A stretch of 64,000 nucleotides of DNA, taken from the NCBI RefSeq assembly GCF_963506605.1, contig NC_083288.1, forward strand, positions 46,686,001 through 46,750,000, in the 5' to 3' direction. Origin of the DNA: Zootoca vivipara. Its lineage: Eukaryota. The notes beneath the pieces are model-generated. The model was not told where the DNA came from, made no database searches, and worked only from the letters and a program-made list of their open reading frames with translations. Shown piece by piece: positions 10,901 to 23,722 of this stretch. The position numbers were made by a program, and so were the translations under genes. Position 1 is the first letter of the stretch. The number at the start of each line of letters is the position of its first letter.

Positions 10901-13421
10901 CCCAGAAGCCTTTGATGAAACCATCTCCCTGGCTCCGGGAAGGCTTTACACTCTGAAGAAATTCTGGGAATGCTGGAAGATTTTGTGAATGAATTGTGAA
11001 GGAAATGGCACCTTGGAAGAGCAGAACATTCCAAGCCTTAAGAAGACCCATAGATATGAAATCAGTCTGTGCTGTAAAAATCCAAACCTTTTTAAATGAT
11101 GTGTTTTCTTTATTTGTAGGATTTTGCAGAAACATAAGAGCTCTCAGTGCTATAATTGTTAGGGATTCTCCATAAACAATAAATGTAGTGACCTTATTAT
11201 CTGTGAAGGGTACATGCATATTTAAGGCTATATCATGCATTTGATCCAAGTCATCAAGATAGACTTTTTTGGGGATTCTTTGTGCAAAGGCTGAACAAAT
11301 TCCATTTTGAGAAAGCAATGGCTGGAATTTCTTGATGAAATTTTCTCCACTGTTATCATTCAGAGCAAAAAGTCCAATCCACGTCCACCCAAAATGCTTA
11401 AGCAAGCGGATAATACCCATGTACTGGTGGGCTTCATTGGGCACCATGTGGTAAAAAGAAGGACCTTGACTTGTATCACTCTCCACTGGGGGAAATGAAC
11501 CATATGCGAACTAAAAGAAAATTTACCAAAAAAAAATCTAATTAAGCAGAAAGCATTCATCCTGCACCATATGACACTTTATGCAACAAATATATGTTGA
11601 ACGCTTTTTAGTTGTTGTTTTTAAAACGTTTTTTAGATTCTAAATGATTGTACCATTCCCTCCTTATGCTTGTATAAGACCATAATAAAGATTTCTTGTT
11701 GTTGTATGTTGAAGTAATATATCAATTAAATCAAGAACCCTTCCAGTCAAGGCTTATTCTCAGCTTTATTTCTGATTGCACATTTTGATTCAAGATTTGA
11801 ACAGATCAGTCTCACATCCCTAGAAATAACAGAGAAAAAGCAATGTGCAGGGAGCATGAGAGAAAGATGTATGTTGGTATCCAATTTAAGTTTCAATCAA
11901 GGATCATAACTAAGAGAGAGCCATTAATTTTGATTAGTCAGCTCTGAATAAACCACTGAGTAGAATACTTCTGAGCAGATCTGCTCTGCGTAGAACAAAT
12001 ATTGGATAAAAACCAAATATTGGGGGGGGGGGATAAATATCCTCATTTATGCATCTTACCTGTGGAATCTTGTAGAGTCCTAATGTGTCTGCCATATGGA
12101 AGGTCGTATCAGAGCCAAGTCCTCCAATGATGGCAATGAGGTTTTTCTGGGTGTCACATTTGTAGTTGGGGACAAATCTATGCATCTTAAAGAGGAGGTC
12201 TAGAGTCGTACGGTAGGTCATCCTTGCATCATAATAGCTGTCATAGATGTGGAAGCCAAGTGTGATATTGGGCAAGATATTGGGATTCTCATTGACTTCT
12301 TTCACAGCAAATGCCAATGCAAGGATGTGCTGATAAAATTTTGGCACCATACTGCAAATAAAGTGAATTAGTTATAAATATGAATATACTACAATATTGG
12401 ACAGCTTCTGTTTCAAACTGAAGGGGTTTTTTTTGGCAATTAATTCATCTACAGTAAGTTAATCAACATCATACTGCCACAGAAAACCCATGGTTGATTA
12501 GGGCATCACTGCTGTATAGTATACTTTCACACACCTGCTGTTCATCTATTGCAGGGGTAGCAAACTTTTTCAGCAGGGGGCTGGTCCACTGTCCCTCAGA
12601 CCTTGTGGGGGACCAGACTGTGTGTGTGTGTGTGTTGGCGGCCAAATTCCTATGCCCCACAAATAACCCAGAGATGCATTTTAAATAAAAGGACACATTC
12701 TACAGCATGTAAAAACATGCTGATTCCCAGACTGTCCGCAGGCCGGATTTAGAAGGCGATTGGGCCGGATTTATTTTCACTTTCACCCTTCTCTTCCTCA
12801 CTCCTCACAATATTCATGCTGCACAGCAGTTGTGAATACACTTGGAGTAAATAAAATAAAATATTCATTTACAAAATTGAAAGTATTTATTATGGGAGAA
12901 GAAAAGTTGTATTTTCTATCTAGAAGCTTAGGTTGTGAAAGATTCATGAGGTGGCTGAAACAAATGGGTCTCTCAGAGATGTATAAACAGGAGAATTTTT
13001 GACAGCTATTCAAATCATTCTTCGTGAGCTGGTAGCTTTTAAACAATTGAAACATCTTTTTTTTTAATCCACCTTTCAGCCAAAAAGTGACCCCTGTTGC
13101 AGCTTGCAAATGCAGGCGATAAGATATCCCCTCTCCCCAAGATTCCTGTCAGAAAGGCATGAGACTAAGGGAAAGGCAATCCAGAGGGGGAATGGACGAT
13201 TCTTACTATGAAACATCAAACAGGTTCTGTGATGGGTGTTCCTTGAAGAAAACTTCATAGAAAATGTAATAGCTCTGAGAGGCAATCCCACCGATTATTA
13301 GGTCACCCGGCTGGTACCACTCGTGTGGAACAGGGAAAGGATTATCCCTGGGGCACCAGATAGAGTTAGAGCTATCAGAAACAGGGGGAATTAGAAACAG
13401 CAACACCAATAGCAGCAACAT
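7945..13421 (-). CDS. V2R-B: intact vomeronasal type-2 receptor (Vmn2r26-like class C GPCR), 874 aa; exons 13207-13421, 12060-12351, 10650-11510, 10237-10464, 9916-10042, 7945-8846
   Basis: All six exons have AG/GT boundaries and compatible phases (215+292+861+228+127+902=2625 nt, open). Signal peptide; Venus-flytrap motifs ([34 protein letters not shown]); cysteine-rich domain ([12 protein letters not shown]); 7TM ([25 protein letters not shown]). Confidence 0.95.
9058..9147. mobile_element. 90-bp hAT-type MITE in V2R-B intron 5
   Basis: 15-bp TIR CATAGCTGCCAAGTT; 8-bp TSD ACCAGAAT/TCCAGAAT. Confidence 0.85.
12552..12770. mobile_element. Truncated copy of the same Charlie-like MITE in V2R-B intron 1
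   Basis: Shares CAGGGGT.GCAAACTTTTTCAGCAG and CCTATGCCCCACAAATAACCCAGAGATGCA with 27132-27362. Confidence 0.75.
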
Positions 13422-15625
13422 TCTGGCAGCCAAGCTTCTCCCTGAGTGCAGATTCTGCTTTGAGCTTCCATAGTAGCTACGTTTGAATAGGCTACAGTGG
13501 ATGATACATGGCTCAGTCAAACCACTCTTATGAGAGATATTATGGGCTGTATTTAATTAAAGGGTTGCATCTCTTGAGTACTAACAGAGATTATAATGTC
13601 AGATATTACATTGACCAAGCCCTGCCTGCCGCTTTCCTCTACCCTCGTTCTCCATAGCACATGAAATTATTTATAACCATTTCCAGGCTTGCTTATTGAT
13701 CTTTTTCTATTTCCTTCTAGAAAGCACCTGGAGGTTTGTCCTGGTGAAGAAAGTGAAGTCACTTGAGTAATTGCTGGGTAGGACCATTAATTATTTCCTT
13801 GGAGTTGTGGTGTCTAAGTGGCACTTTGGTCTTTGTTTGTTTTTCAACTCCCAGTTCTAACCACAAGTCTCTTCTGCACCTTAGAGGCAAAAAAAGTGAC
13901 AGACCAATAGGAAACTCAGAGTGAAGTCATTACAAAGGAGAAGTGCTGAATGTTGAGATAATGGCCACTTTCCAGCTCCAGTTCTCTCCAAGGGAATGGG
14001 GGTCAAGACTTCTCTGATTATAGTTCTTAAGACTATAGTTTAAAAACCAGTTGTTTGACTCACTTGCATGAACTAACAGAGAATATTCCTGTATTGGAGG
14101 GTTGAGCAATCTTTTTCAGCCTGAAGACTGAATTTCCTTCTGAGGTCATATGCCACTTGTGAGTGGGACCGAAGGTGAAAGTGTATAATGTAAATTTTAC
14201 TACTGCATGGGGGCTAGATTCTACACTCACACATAGACCCCTCTCTGATCACCAAGAGGCATTATCCAAGTTCAGGTAAATTCCAGGCAACAAAACACAC
14301 ACATAAACACACACCAAAATCAAGCAGAGCTAGTGAGCGATATAACCTGTAGAGAGTTCTGTGGTCCAGATATAATATAACAAGGTCAGGGAGATGAACA
14401 ACTACCTGACATTTAGAAAACACCTAAAGGGAAGTTTTTAATCTGTGATATTTTAATGTATTTTTATATTTGTTGGAAGCCACCCAGAGTGGCCAGGGAA
14501 ACCCAGCCAGATGGGCAGGGTATAAATAATAAATAAAAATAATAATAAATAATAATACAAAATAAAGGCCATCATCCATTCTTTCCAGACTTTCCAATTC
14601 ATACTTTCTCATTCCACAGTTTCCTTTTTTCCCAATTACTGTTCTAACCATGAAGCATATTTTTAAAAGGGGTTTGCTGTGCTTCGCAGGGCTCAAGAAT
14701 TGTTCGCCTCCAGTTAGCCACATCTCCATCTGTGCTACCCTACATGGGCCAAATTATTAATAAGTGAATGGGACCATTAATCTGTCAGGCATCAGATTTT
14801 ATGGTGATGTGCCTTTTGAAGGGACCTATCGGGGGAAAAACTTTATTCATAAGCAGTTCCTTCCCCATCCATTTTAGTACCTGTTTCAATGGTAGCAGCT
14901 TCCTTTACCTGGAGCAAGATGTGTTCCCATTCCCCATCATCATCATTTCATTTCTGTGCCACCTTCACAAAAGAACAATCACGTGACTTACAAAAAGAGA
15001 GGGGGGATATGTTTCAAAATGAGTTGAGAATAATTTTATTATAACTTATTGGTGGATGCCAACCCCTTGGTTTCACGCGATGTGGCCATCTACATTTTAC
15101 AGGACCTGAAACTCAGGGCCATCTTTCTGGCTAACTTGCCCAGCCCTAGTCCTATGTAAATTCCTGTTATACTCACAGTCGACACGCCTTGCTTTGTCTT
15201 TTACCTTACCAGCAGCACTCAGCTGGATTTTATATTTAATGTTATAGTTGTATTTGTTGTGTTCTATGTTGTTGTGCGACAGTTGCCTGTTTGATCTTTT
15301 ATATGTGCTATGGCTATATGGCTAATGTAATACACTTTTTTGATTTGAACTTTAAAAGAACAATGTTGTGATAGCAAATGTAACAATCTACAAAAAACAG
15401 CATTTCTGTACTGTGAATGAAATGGAACAATAGCAACATTACAGCATCTGGAAATAGCAGATTATCCTTGGTCCTAGAAACATTGACCACAGTTTTGCTC
15501 CTTCAGCAGCTTCTTTTAAGGCTTCCAAAAGTAGTGGGAGGGGTAGCAGGAAAGATCCCTCCCTTCAGCTATTGGGAAGGGGACTTTCCTCCAGCAAAGG
15601 AACCATCAGGAAATACATTCAAGCT

Positions 15626-16874
15626 AGGGTTCCGGTTTCCGCCTGCAGGAATGGCGGACCTGTTTTCCATCCCTCTGACCTTCGTAAGGAATTTGGCGGT
15701 TGCTAGGGGAGTAAATGGCAACCCCCTGCCCTCTCCGGGGGTTACGGAGAGGGGCCGCTGGTCCGCGATGCCCCCAGACCCACTCCGACTGTTTATGGAG
15801 TGGGGGGAGCTTGGGCTCAAGCCCTTACGACGGCCAGGACTCCCGGACGCTAATCTGCATGGCGGGGATTTCCATGATTAAAGAAGATAATTAGGCTTAA
15901 ATCTATGGACATACTTCAGAAGGAGGGGCAGAAGCGCTGTTTACTGCCGAGAAATCTATGCTGCTGAAGGTGAGGAGTTAAAGGCTGTATTTCATCTGGA
16001 AGAAGGATTGATGGGGACAGAGCGATAAGGGAAGCGAGTCTTTTTTTAATTTTTTTTCATATGAGTTACTTCGTACCTTCCCAGACGCGATGTCCTGGCT
16101 TGTTTGGAGTGAAAGAGAAGCAAAAGACTGTGTGAGTTGAACTTTATAAACTGTTGTTATTGAGCATATTCTTTGAAGATGAGGAGTTGCTGATGAGAAA
16201 AGCCCCCCTCTAGTTGGACGGAAGGAGTGCCTGGACGCGTTCGGAGGATTTATGAGTTGTGACGCACTTTGAATTGGAGCAGCGACCTGAAGCTAAGTTC
16301 AGCTATAGGGCAAGGAGAACCATTAATTTACCAATAGTCAATGCATGGTGTGAGATCTGGTTCTTCGGCCTGGAAAAGCTGTAAATTTTATAATGATCAT
16401 TTAATCTACATGGTTATGAGAGAAAACGAAAGTGATTTGAGTTTTTTTAAGATGGCGCTGCTTCGTGTTGAGAGCCGACGCAATAGGGACGCTCCGGACC
16501 AAGAAGATTTATGGGGGGGGGGCTGGACTGATTAACTCACACAGGAGAAAGAACATTTGTGAAACTTTGTTTGACATTTATCTCAGCAGCTGGGAAATAA
16601 TCGGTTGAAAGAGGAAAACATCTATGTGACTGTAAAGGGAAAGATCTGGATTATTGTGGATTTGGAGAGACGATTTGAACTTTAGAAAAAAGACGACAGT
16701 GGACGGTTGCGAGGAATCCCCAATTTCTTGAAGCATGGGAACCCTAAAAAAAATTTTTTAGATGATTTGGCATAACATTCGGTTTGATTGATATATATGT
16801 GTATAATTTGAAATAATGAATGTGATATAATTGGTTTTAATTGGAAAAATTAATAAAATATATTTAAAAAAAAA
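15626..16874 (+). mobile_element. ~1.2-kb non-coding poly(A) retroposon, copy 2
   Basis: 18-bp TSD AGGAAATACATTCAAGCT (15608-15625, 16875-16892); same 5' start and poly(A) end as copy 1. Confidence 0.88.
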
Positions 16875-18379
16875 AGGAAATACATTCAAGCTGCTGCTTA
16901 TTTCTGTGAGGCCATGTCAATACCTGCACTTCATTCTCCTTATTAGTTGCTCCTTTTTGTTAAGCTCAGGTTTCAGCACAATGACGTAGCATTTCGGGGC
17001 AAAGATGCAGCCCAGTAACCCATCACTGGAGGACAAGATGGAGAAGATCTCCACCACCACCAAGGATTTCCCTTTGGTGCTCAGATAGGTTGGGAAAAAA
17101 GACAGCCAAACACTGCAGAACAGCAACATGCTGAAAGTAATGAATTTGGCTTCATTGAAACTGTCTGGTAATTTGCGAGCTGCAAATGCCACAATGAAGC
17201 TGGCAAGGGCCAGGAGGCCCATGTAGCCAAGGACACAGTAAAACATGGTCACAGACCCTTTACTACATTGCACAATGGTTTCTTCTGCTACTGAGTCTAG
17301 AGCAGGGAATGGGGGAGACATCTTCAACCACACAGTACAAATAATTGCTTGAATGAGTGACCCAGAAAGGACAATGGTGTTGGCCAGTCTTTTCCCCACC
17401 CACTTCCTCATACTGGAGCCTGGCTTGGTGGCCATGAAAGCTACAACTACGGTGATGGTTTTGGCCAACACACAGGAAACAGCCACAGAGAAGACAATGC
17501 CGAAAGTTGGTTGTCGAAGAAGGCAGGTCACTTTCCCAGGGTGTCCAATGAATAGAAGAGATGAGAGGAAACATAGTAGAAGGGCAATGAGGAGAGCGTA
17601 GGTGAGATCCCTGTTGTTGGCTTTGACAATAGGAGTGTCTTTGTGCTGAACAAATGTTCCTAGCACCAAAGTTGTGATCAGGGAAAAACAAAGAGCAAGT
17701 GCGGCCAAACTAAACCCTAAAGGTTCCTCGTAAGAAAGAAATTTGATAGTTTTAGGGATGCATCCATTTTTCTTCTTGTTTGCATACTGATCTTCAGGGC
17801 ATCCGAAGCAGTCATCCATGTCTGAAAAACAGAAGAAAGCCAAACTCCATTTACAATTTGTGTGTGTGTGTTTTGTTCCTGTTAATCTGATACTTCTAAA
17901 TATTAGAGAACATTTTGTATATCTGAATTACCATTTGAGTTTTCTGCCGAATCTGACATAGGTTTGTTTAAACCATTTTAAGTGGCCACGTGGTACTCAC
18001 TGCAGGCAGGGGGTTGATGGATCCACGAAGGCAGAGGGGTTGGAACTTTAGGTTTCATTTGATGCTTGGGGTTGTCAGTTAACTGGGACAATAACGTAAT
18101 TGCAGTCTAAAAAAGGCAACTGAAGAGGAAGGAGTAGAAAGCACTCGAGCTATAAAGCTCCTGTCTCCGTCTTCGTAACCTATCCTAATAATATCCAGCT
18201 AAACTCCAGTAGACAAGAAGGGAAGATTCATTTTATTGGTGCGAATGAAGGGGTTGGAAACAATATGCTCAGGTTAAAGACTCTCAACTCCTATCCTGCT
18301 ACCAATATATTTCCCAGTTTGGGGCCAGAGGACCAAGAACAGCAGTTGCAGACTTTAGAATGCTCTGAGGTGGCTTTGG

Positions 18380-18500
18380 AAGTTACAGTGTATAGAATAA
18401 TTCCTGCCACTCCCCAAGGATGGGTGCTGGTGGTAGGTGATTCCCTACTTACGGACATAGAGGCAGTAGTTTGTGGAGATAGCAAGATGTCCCGGTAGGA
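18380..18500 (+). mobile_element. CR1 ORF1 (SGNH-esterase-like) fragment
   Basis: VLVVGDSLL..IEAVVC resembles the CR1 ORF1 GDSL motif. Confidence 0.45.
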
Positions 18501-18689
18501 CATTGATCAAGACATGGCTCTAGTTTGGATGGGATTCAGCCTTGCATAAATCCCTACCATGTTTGCCTAGCAGGTGTGTGAATTCTTGTTTTGCCACACC
18601 CTATGGTCCAACCCTGGCAAGCTCTGAAGGGTGTTGAGTGCATCCCAACCATCAAATGGAATACAATTTTAACAGCAAGTGCTGCCTAA

Positions 18690-18960
18690 GTTCAGAATCT
18701 TACATTTGTCCCTATTGAAATTCATGTTTTGTTAGCTTGCACCCAGTTCTCCAACCTGTTAAGGTCATATTGAATTCTGATTCTGTCTTCTGCGGCATTA
18801 GCTACCCCTCCCAGTTTGGTGTCATCTGCAAATTTGATGAGCTTCTCCTCGATCCTTTCATCCAAGTCCTTTATAAAAGACCTTGAGCAACAACGGGCCC
18901 AGGACGGAACCCTGTGGCACCCCACTTGTCACTTTTTCCCCAGGATGATGAGGAAGCATT
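18690..18960 (-). mobile_element. CR1 RT fragment
   Basis: [16 protein letters not shown]...LNRLENW peptide. Confidence 0.85.
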
Positions 18961-21900
18961 AAAAATTAATAGAAAGCAGCAGAAAAATATTCACACTACT
19001 CCAAGCAGGATGGTGTGACTACATGCACAACACTGAAACAATATTTTTACCAATCTTGTATGGCAAGAAATATCATGTACCATTCTGGTTTGAAATCTTC
19101 CCCTCTGGACATGGAGTACAATCATAGCAGCAAAATTTCTGTCCTTCCATCATTTTCTTCTGATTACCAGGGTGGCAGGATTCACTGCATATAGAGACAG
19201 GCATCATCTATCCATAAACAGGAAACCATTTCAAAAGGGAAAATGTTTTTTTAAAAAATAAAAATAAAAATCAGTCACTGAATTTAGTGGACAACTCATC
19301 ACAAAAATATTAGTGTTTGTATAGTGGGAAGAAAGATTCACGCCCTGTTTGAGGCCTCAAACTCCAAGCAAATGACACACATTAACCTAAAAAGTCAGCC
19401 ATACTCTGCTCCATGGGTCACAGAATCCTGTGTACACATTTCTGGAATCAGAGTTCACCTGGGGAATAGCTCAGGATACTCATTATTATTTTTTACAAAT
19501 TCTTACATTTATTTTATTTTTTTGCACAAGTAATGAGAAAACCAATTCTTACAATTACATGTCTGCCAGCAGTAACTGCATTTATGTGGCACTGCTGGGT
19601 AGGAGTAGGAAGTGGGTGGAAAAGGTCACTCAGCCTATCCCTGGCCCACCAACCACGAGGTTCCTACTTGTCCCCAGTTGTGCCAACCAGCACCCTGGGA
19701 GTGAGGGCTAGATTCCATGTACTGTATCTGAAGAAGGAAAAGGTGAAGAGGAAGGTGGAAGGAATTTTATATCCTAAAACCATCTTCTCCACAGCACAAG
19801 CACAAGGCTACAGACTGAGCTGGAAGTGGACGCTTGATAAGCTTCTTGCCCCACCCAGACTGGGATCAGACTAATGGTGCAATACAGAAATGCTTGGGGT
19901 TTTCAGCCCTTCATTGGCATGGATCCCCTGTACTGGTATGCCTCCAGGATATAAACCAGAAGTGGATACTTTCCTGGCTTCTGGCACCTCTCACAAATAT
20001 ACTTTCACCTGGACCCCTTTGTGACAAGACAGGGGGAACAATATTAGCTCTCTAGAAATACAAATGAGGTTCACTTAGACAAGAAAAAAAATTGATGTGA
20101 GATCTTCAACTGATCTTTGGCCACTTTTCAATGTAAACAGATACACATCCATTTTTAGTTCAGGAGTCAATTTTATCTAGATCATCTGGAATCCTGCCAT
20201 ATATAAATGTGGCACAGCAAATATTATTAGACGTTCATTTCAATTAAGACCATAGCATAGTTACATGCAACTAGATATCCAGATTCTTGCCATGACCCTG
20301 GCCAAGAGAAGAATGATAGCTATTTTGAGCATCTGAATGACTGATCTGGAGAGTGTGGAGCCCACAAAAATACCCCAGAATTCAGACCTGGTTGAAACCA
20401 TTGTGCCACATAATTATGTCCTCGTGAATGTTGAATTCTTTTCCATCAAAAGCATTAGGATTCACCCATCCTATTTTCAAACGGATGAAAGACTTATTTG
20501 GGAATGTGATCATGTTCATAATGTCAAATCCACCTTGCATTTCTCTGTTTTCACTAAAGGACACTGTTTCTCCAGCTGAGTTGTTAAATGAAATGTCATG
20601 GATAAAATGGTGGAGCTAATTGAAAGAGCAGGGGGAAAACATAATGGGAAAAGAATGTAATGCAGACTTTGAGCAAAATGTCATGATTTACCAACATCCT
20701 ACTTTATTAGTATTATTATGTATTATTATTTATTAGTATTATTATGTAGTATTATTATGTATTATGTAGCATAATTTAACGAAGACAAAGTGTGAAAAAT
20801 CAGCTATTTTGACACAACAGATAGGAACTCTATCATGCATTCACTGAACACAAAACAAAATTTCAATCAAAATGTAGACAAGTTAAAATTCACACATAAA
20901 TCTTTGCTGGTGAATAAGACATGCAATGGCATCACATCATTGCATGTGTGGATGAAAATTGTGATACAGTCATTTGTTGCACTTATCTGTTTATTGGAAT
21001 AATAACAATACCTGCCACGGCTGAACGTCTTGAATTTTTAATCTTTTACTGCTCTCATTTGCTCTCTGTTTGGATCTAGATGAGTAAAGTGCATGCAAAG
21101 CATGAGCCACAACATAGACAGCATTGTAAATGCAGTAGCTGTGGCCAGTCATACTCATTTCAAAAAGAGACCCTGGAAGGCTCTGCAACCTCTCCTCCCC
21201 AGTACACATGTCCTTGACCTCCATTGGTGCATCAGGATTTGGAAATATACAGTCAAATGCTTGCTCCCAGAAGACTTTGGAAAAACCATTTCCCTGAGTC
21301 CAAGAAGGCTTTATGTTCTGAAGAAATTCTTGGAATGCTAGAAGTTTCTGTGAGTGAATTGTGAGGGATATGGCACCTTGGAAGAGCAGAACATTCCAAA
21401 ACTTAGTAAGACCCATAGATATGAAATCAGTCTGGGCTGTCAAAATCCACACCTTCTTAAGTGATGCCTTTTCCTTATTTGTAGGATCTCGCAAAAATAT
21501 AATAGCTCTCAGTCCTGTAATTGTCTGAGATTCTCCATAAACAATAAATGTTGTGGCTTTAGCATCCATAAATAGTGCATACATATCATACATTTCATCC
21601 AAGTTATCAAAATGGAGTAGTTTTGGGATTCTTTGTGTGAAGGCTGAACAAATTCCATTTTGAGAAAGCAGGGGCTCCAGGGTCTTGAGGAAATATTCCC
21701 CACTGTTATCATTCACAGCAAATAGCCCAACCCACGTCCATCCAAAATGCTTAAGCAAACTGATAATACCCATGTACTGGTGGGCTTCATTAGGCACCAT
21801 GCGGTAAAAAGAAGGAACCTGACTTGAATCCCTCTCCTCCGGGGGAAACGAACCATATGTGAGCTGAGGGGAAAAAATGTACAGATATTGCCAAGTTGTG

Positions 21901-22833
21901 ACTATGCGAGTTTCTTTCAACAAATATTTCTTCAATCAATTTATAGATTAAATTCAAGGACTATTCCAGCCAGGGCATATTTAAGCTTCTTCTTTTTTCA
22001 ATTGCATATTTTGATTTGGGATTTGGACAGATTGGTTGCATAGATGGGAAATATGAGATTAAGATTTAGGTTTGTATTCAACTGAGATGCATGGACTGAA
22101 ATCCATGGAAGAAGCAAAAATCAAATCCTGATGCCCCTGTTCATACCTGTGGGATCTTGTAGATTCTTAACGCATCTGCCATGTGGAAGGAGGTGTCAGA
22201 GCCAAGTCCCCCAATACTAGCTAGGAGGTTTTTCTGGGTGTCACATTTGTAGTTGGGGAAAAAGCTGTTTGATTTGAAGAGCAGGTCCAGCATGGTCCGA
22301 TAGGTCATCCTTGCATCATAATAGCTATCATAGATGTGGAAGCCAAGTGTGACATTGGGCAAGATGTTTGGGTTCTCATTGATTTCTTTCTCAGCAAATG
22401 CCAAGACAAGAATGTGCTGGTAGAATTTAGTCATCATGCTGCAAATGAAGTTAATCTTTTAGAAATAAAACGTACCACAATATCAATTCTGTTCTGTCTC
22501 AAACTGCTTTAGACCAAAATGGAAGTATTTTCTTTATCATTAATGTTTCTAAGCTAATAAACACCATACAGTCAAAAATTAATGGTGGATGATAGCACTT
22601 CTATTTTGCATAGTACTTTCACTTCACCTTCTGTTGATCTGTTTGTTTGACCTTCTCAGTTAATTTAGTCAAAACAATAAATAACCTCTGTTTTCTCTTT
22701 AAGTATGTGACCATTTCATATGTCAGAAGAAGCATGATCTAGACCATGAAAACTGCAATCCCATACTTGCTTAACTAGAAATAAGTCCCAATGGAGTCAG
22801 TGGGGCTTATGTGTCAGTAGACAGTTGGGAGAA

Positions 22834-22905
22834 GGGCATAGCTCTGTAGCAGAGCATCTGATTTTCATGCAGAAGATTCCAAGTTTAATCCCCAGCAACT
22901 ACAGG
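22834..22905 (+). mobile_element. Degenerate tRNA-derived SINE head
   Basis: A-box-like TAGCTCTGTAGCAGAGC and B-box-like GTTTAATCCC; too decayed to be a functional tRNA. Confidence 0.55.
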
Positions 22906-23722
22906 AAAGGCATTTCCAAAGCAGCTAGCAGCTTTGATGCAACATGCATGACGATGCTTTCTACCTCCAGGGTCTATGTATAATGTAAAGAAAAACACCC
23001 TCACCGATGTCAGCCACCAAAGGTAACCTCAAGCCCCCCAAACATCGAAGCTTTAAAACACTGTGAAAAAGAGGCCAAAAACACAGTACTTTTTAAAGGG
23101 GGATGAAAGCTGATTTGGCACATCTCTCGCTTTATGTTATGAATTTCTTCCCCACTATACTTTATTGAGTCATTCATTTATTTTCATTTTCATGAATCTG
23201 CACACCAACAGCTGTACCGCAGAGGAATTGCAAACACTACAAACACAAAATTACAAAGTCTCTTTCGCCATCCCTGTACAAAATCCCTGTTCTTTTTTTT
23301 TCTTTTTTTTACAACCACCGTTCCTCTCCTCTGCTCCTTAGGGACACAAAAAGTGGCAGGTACAATTTTTCCATAGTGAGCAAACACCAACAGGAAATTC
23401 AGAATGAAACCATTGGCTTTAGGGTGCAAACAGTAGCACCACATTTTGAGATTATGACCACTGCCTAGTCCAATGTTTCTGAAGGAATCCAAGTCAACAT
23501 TTTTCATTGCAGCTCAGCAATAGTTTAAAAACACCTGTGTGAACCAACAGAAGGTCTGAGTAAGCTTCCAAGGGACCTATGCCAGTGGTGGCTGGGACCA
23601 GAGGTGAAAGTGGGTGGAGAACCTAATGGAAACATTATATCTGTACAGTGTCTAATTTCTACACTTCTACAAGTCCCATGTAACATCTAATGTGCCTTTT
23701 TAAGGCGTAGTATCTTTAATGT

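Larger units (their letters stand above)
16917..22438 (-). pseudogene. V2R-C: V2R with open exons 2-6 (22147-22438, 21012-21863, 20388-20615, 19081-19207, 16917-17821) but no exon 1; probable 5'-deleted pseudogene
   Basis: Exons 2-6 have canonical sizes (292/852/228/127/905) and AG/GT sites. No HEWYQPG exon-1 sequence between 22439 and the V2R-D stop at 27365. Substitutions at positions conserved in B/D/E (AFAEKE, SSDGLL, QCSKGS) and a 2-aa deletion in ECL2. Confidence 0.8.

Noticed and set aside
13422-13520. N-terminal extensions of V2R exon 1 in the ORF track (also 35602-35736)
   Set aside because: Not conserved among paralogs; the ATG directly before the hydrophobic leader is the consistent start.
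22834-22905. Possible tRNA gene
   Set aside because: A/B boxes and stems are decayed; it fits a SINE head.
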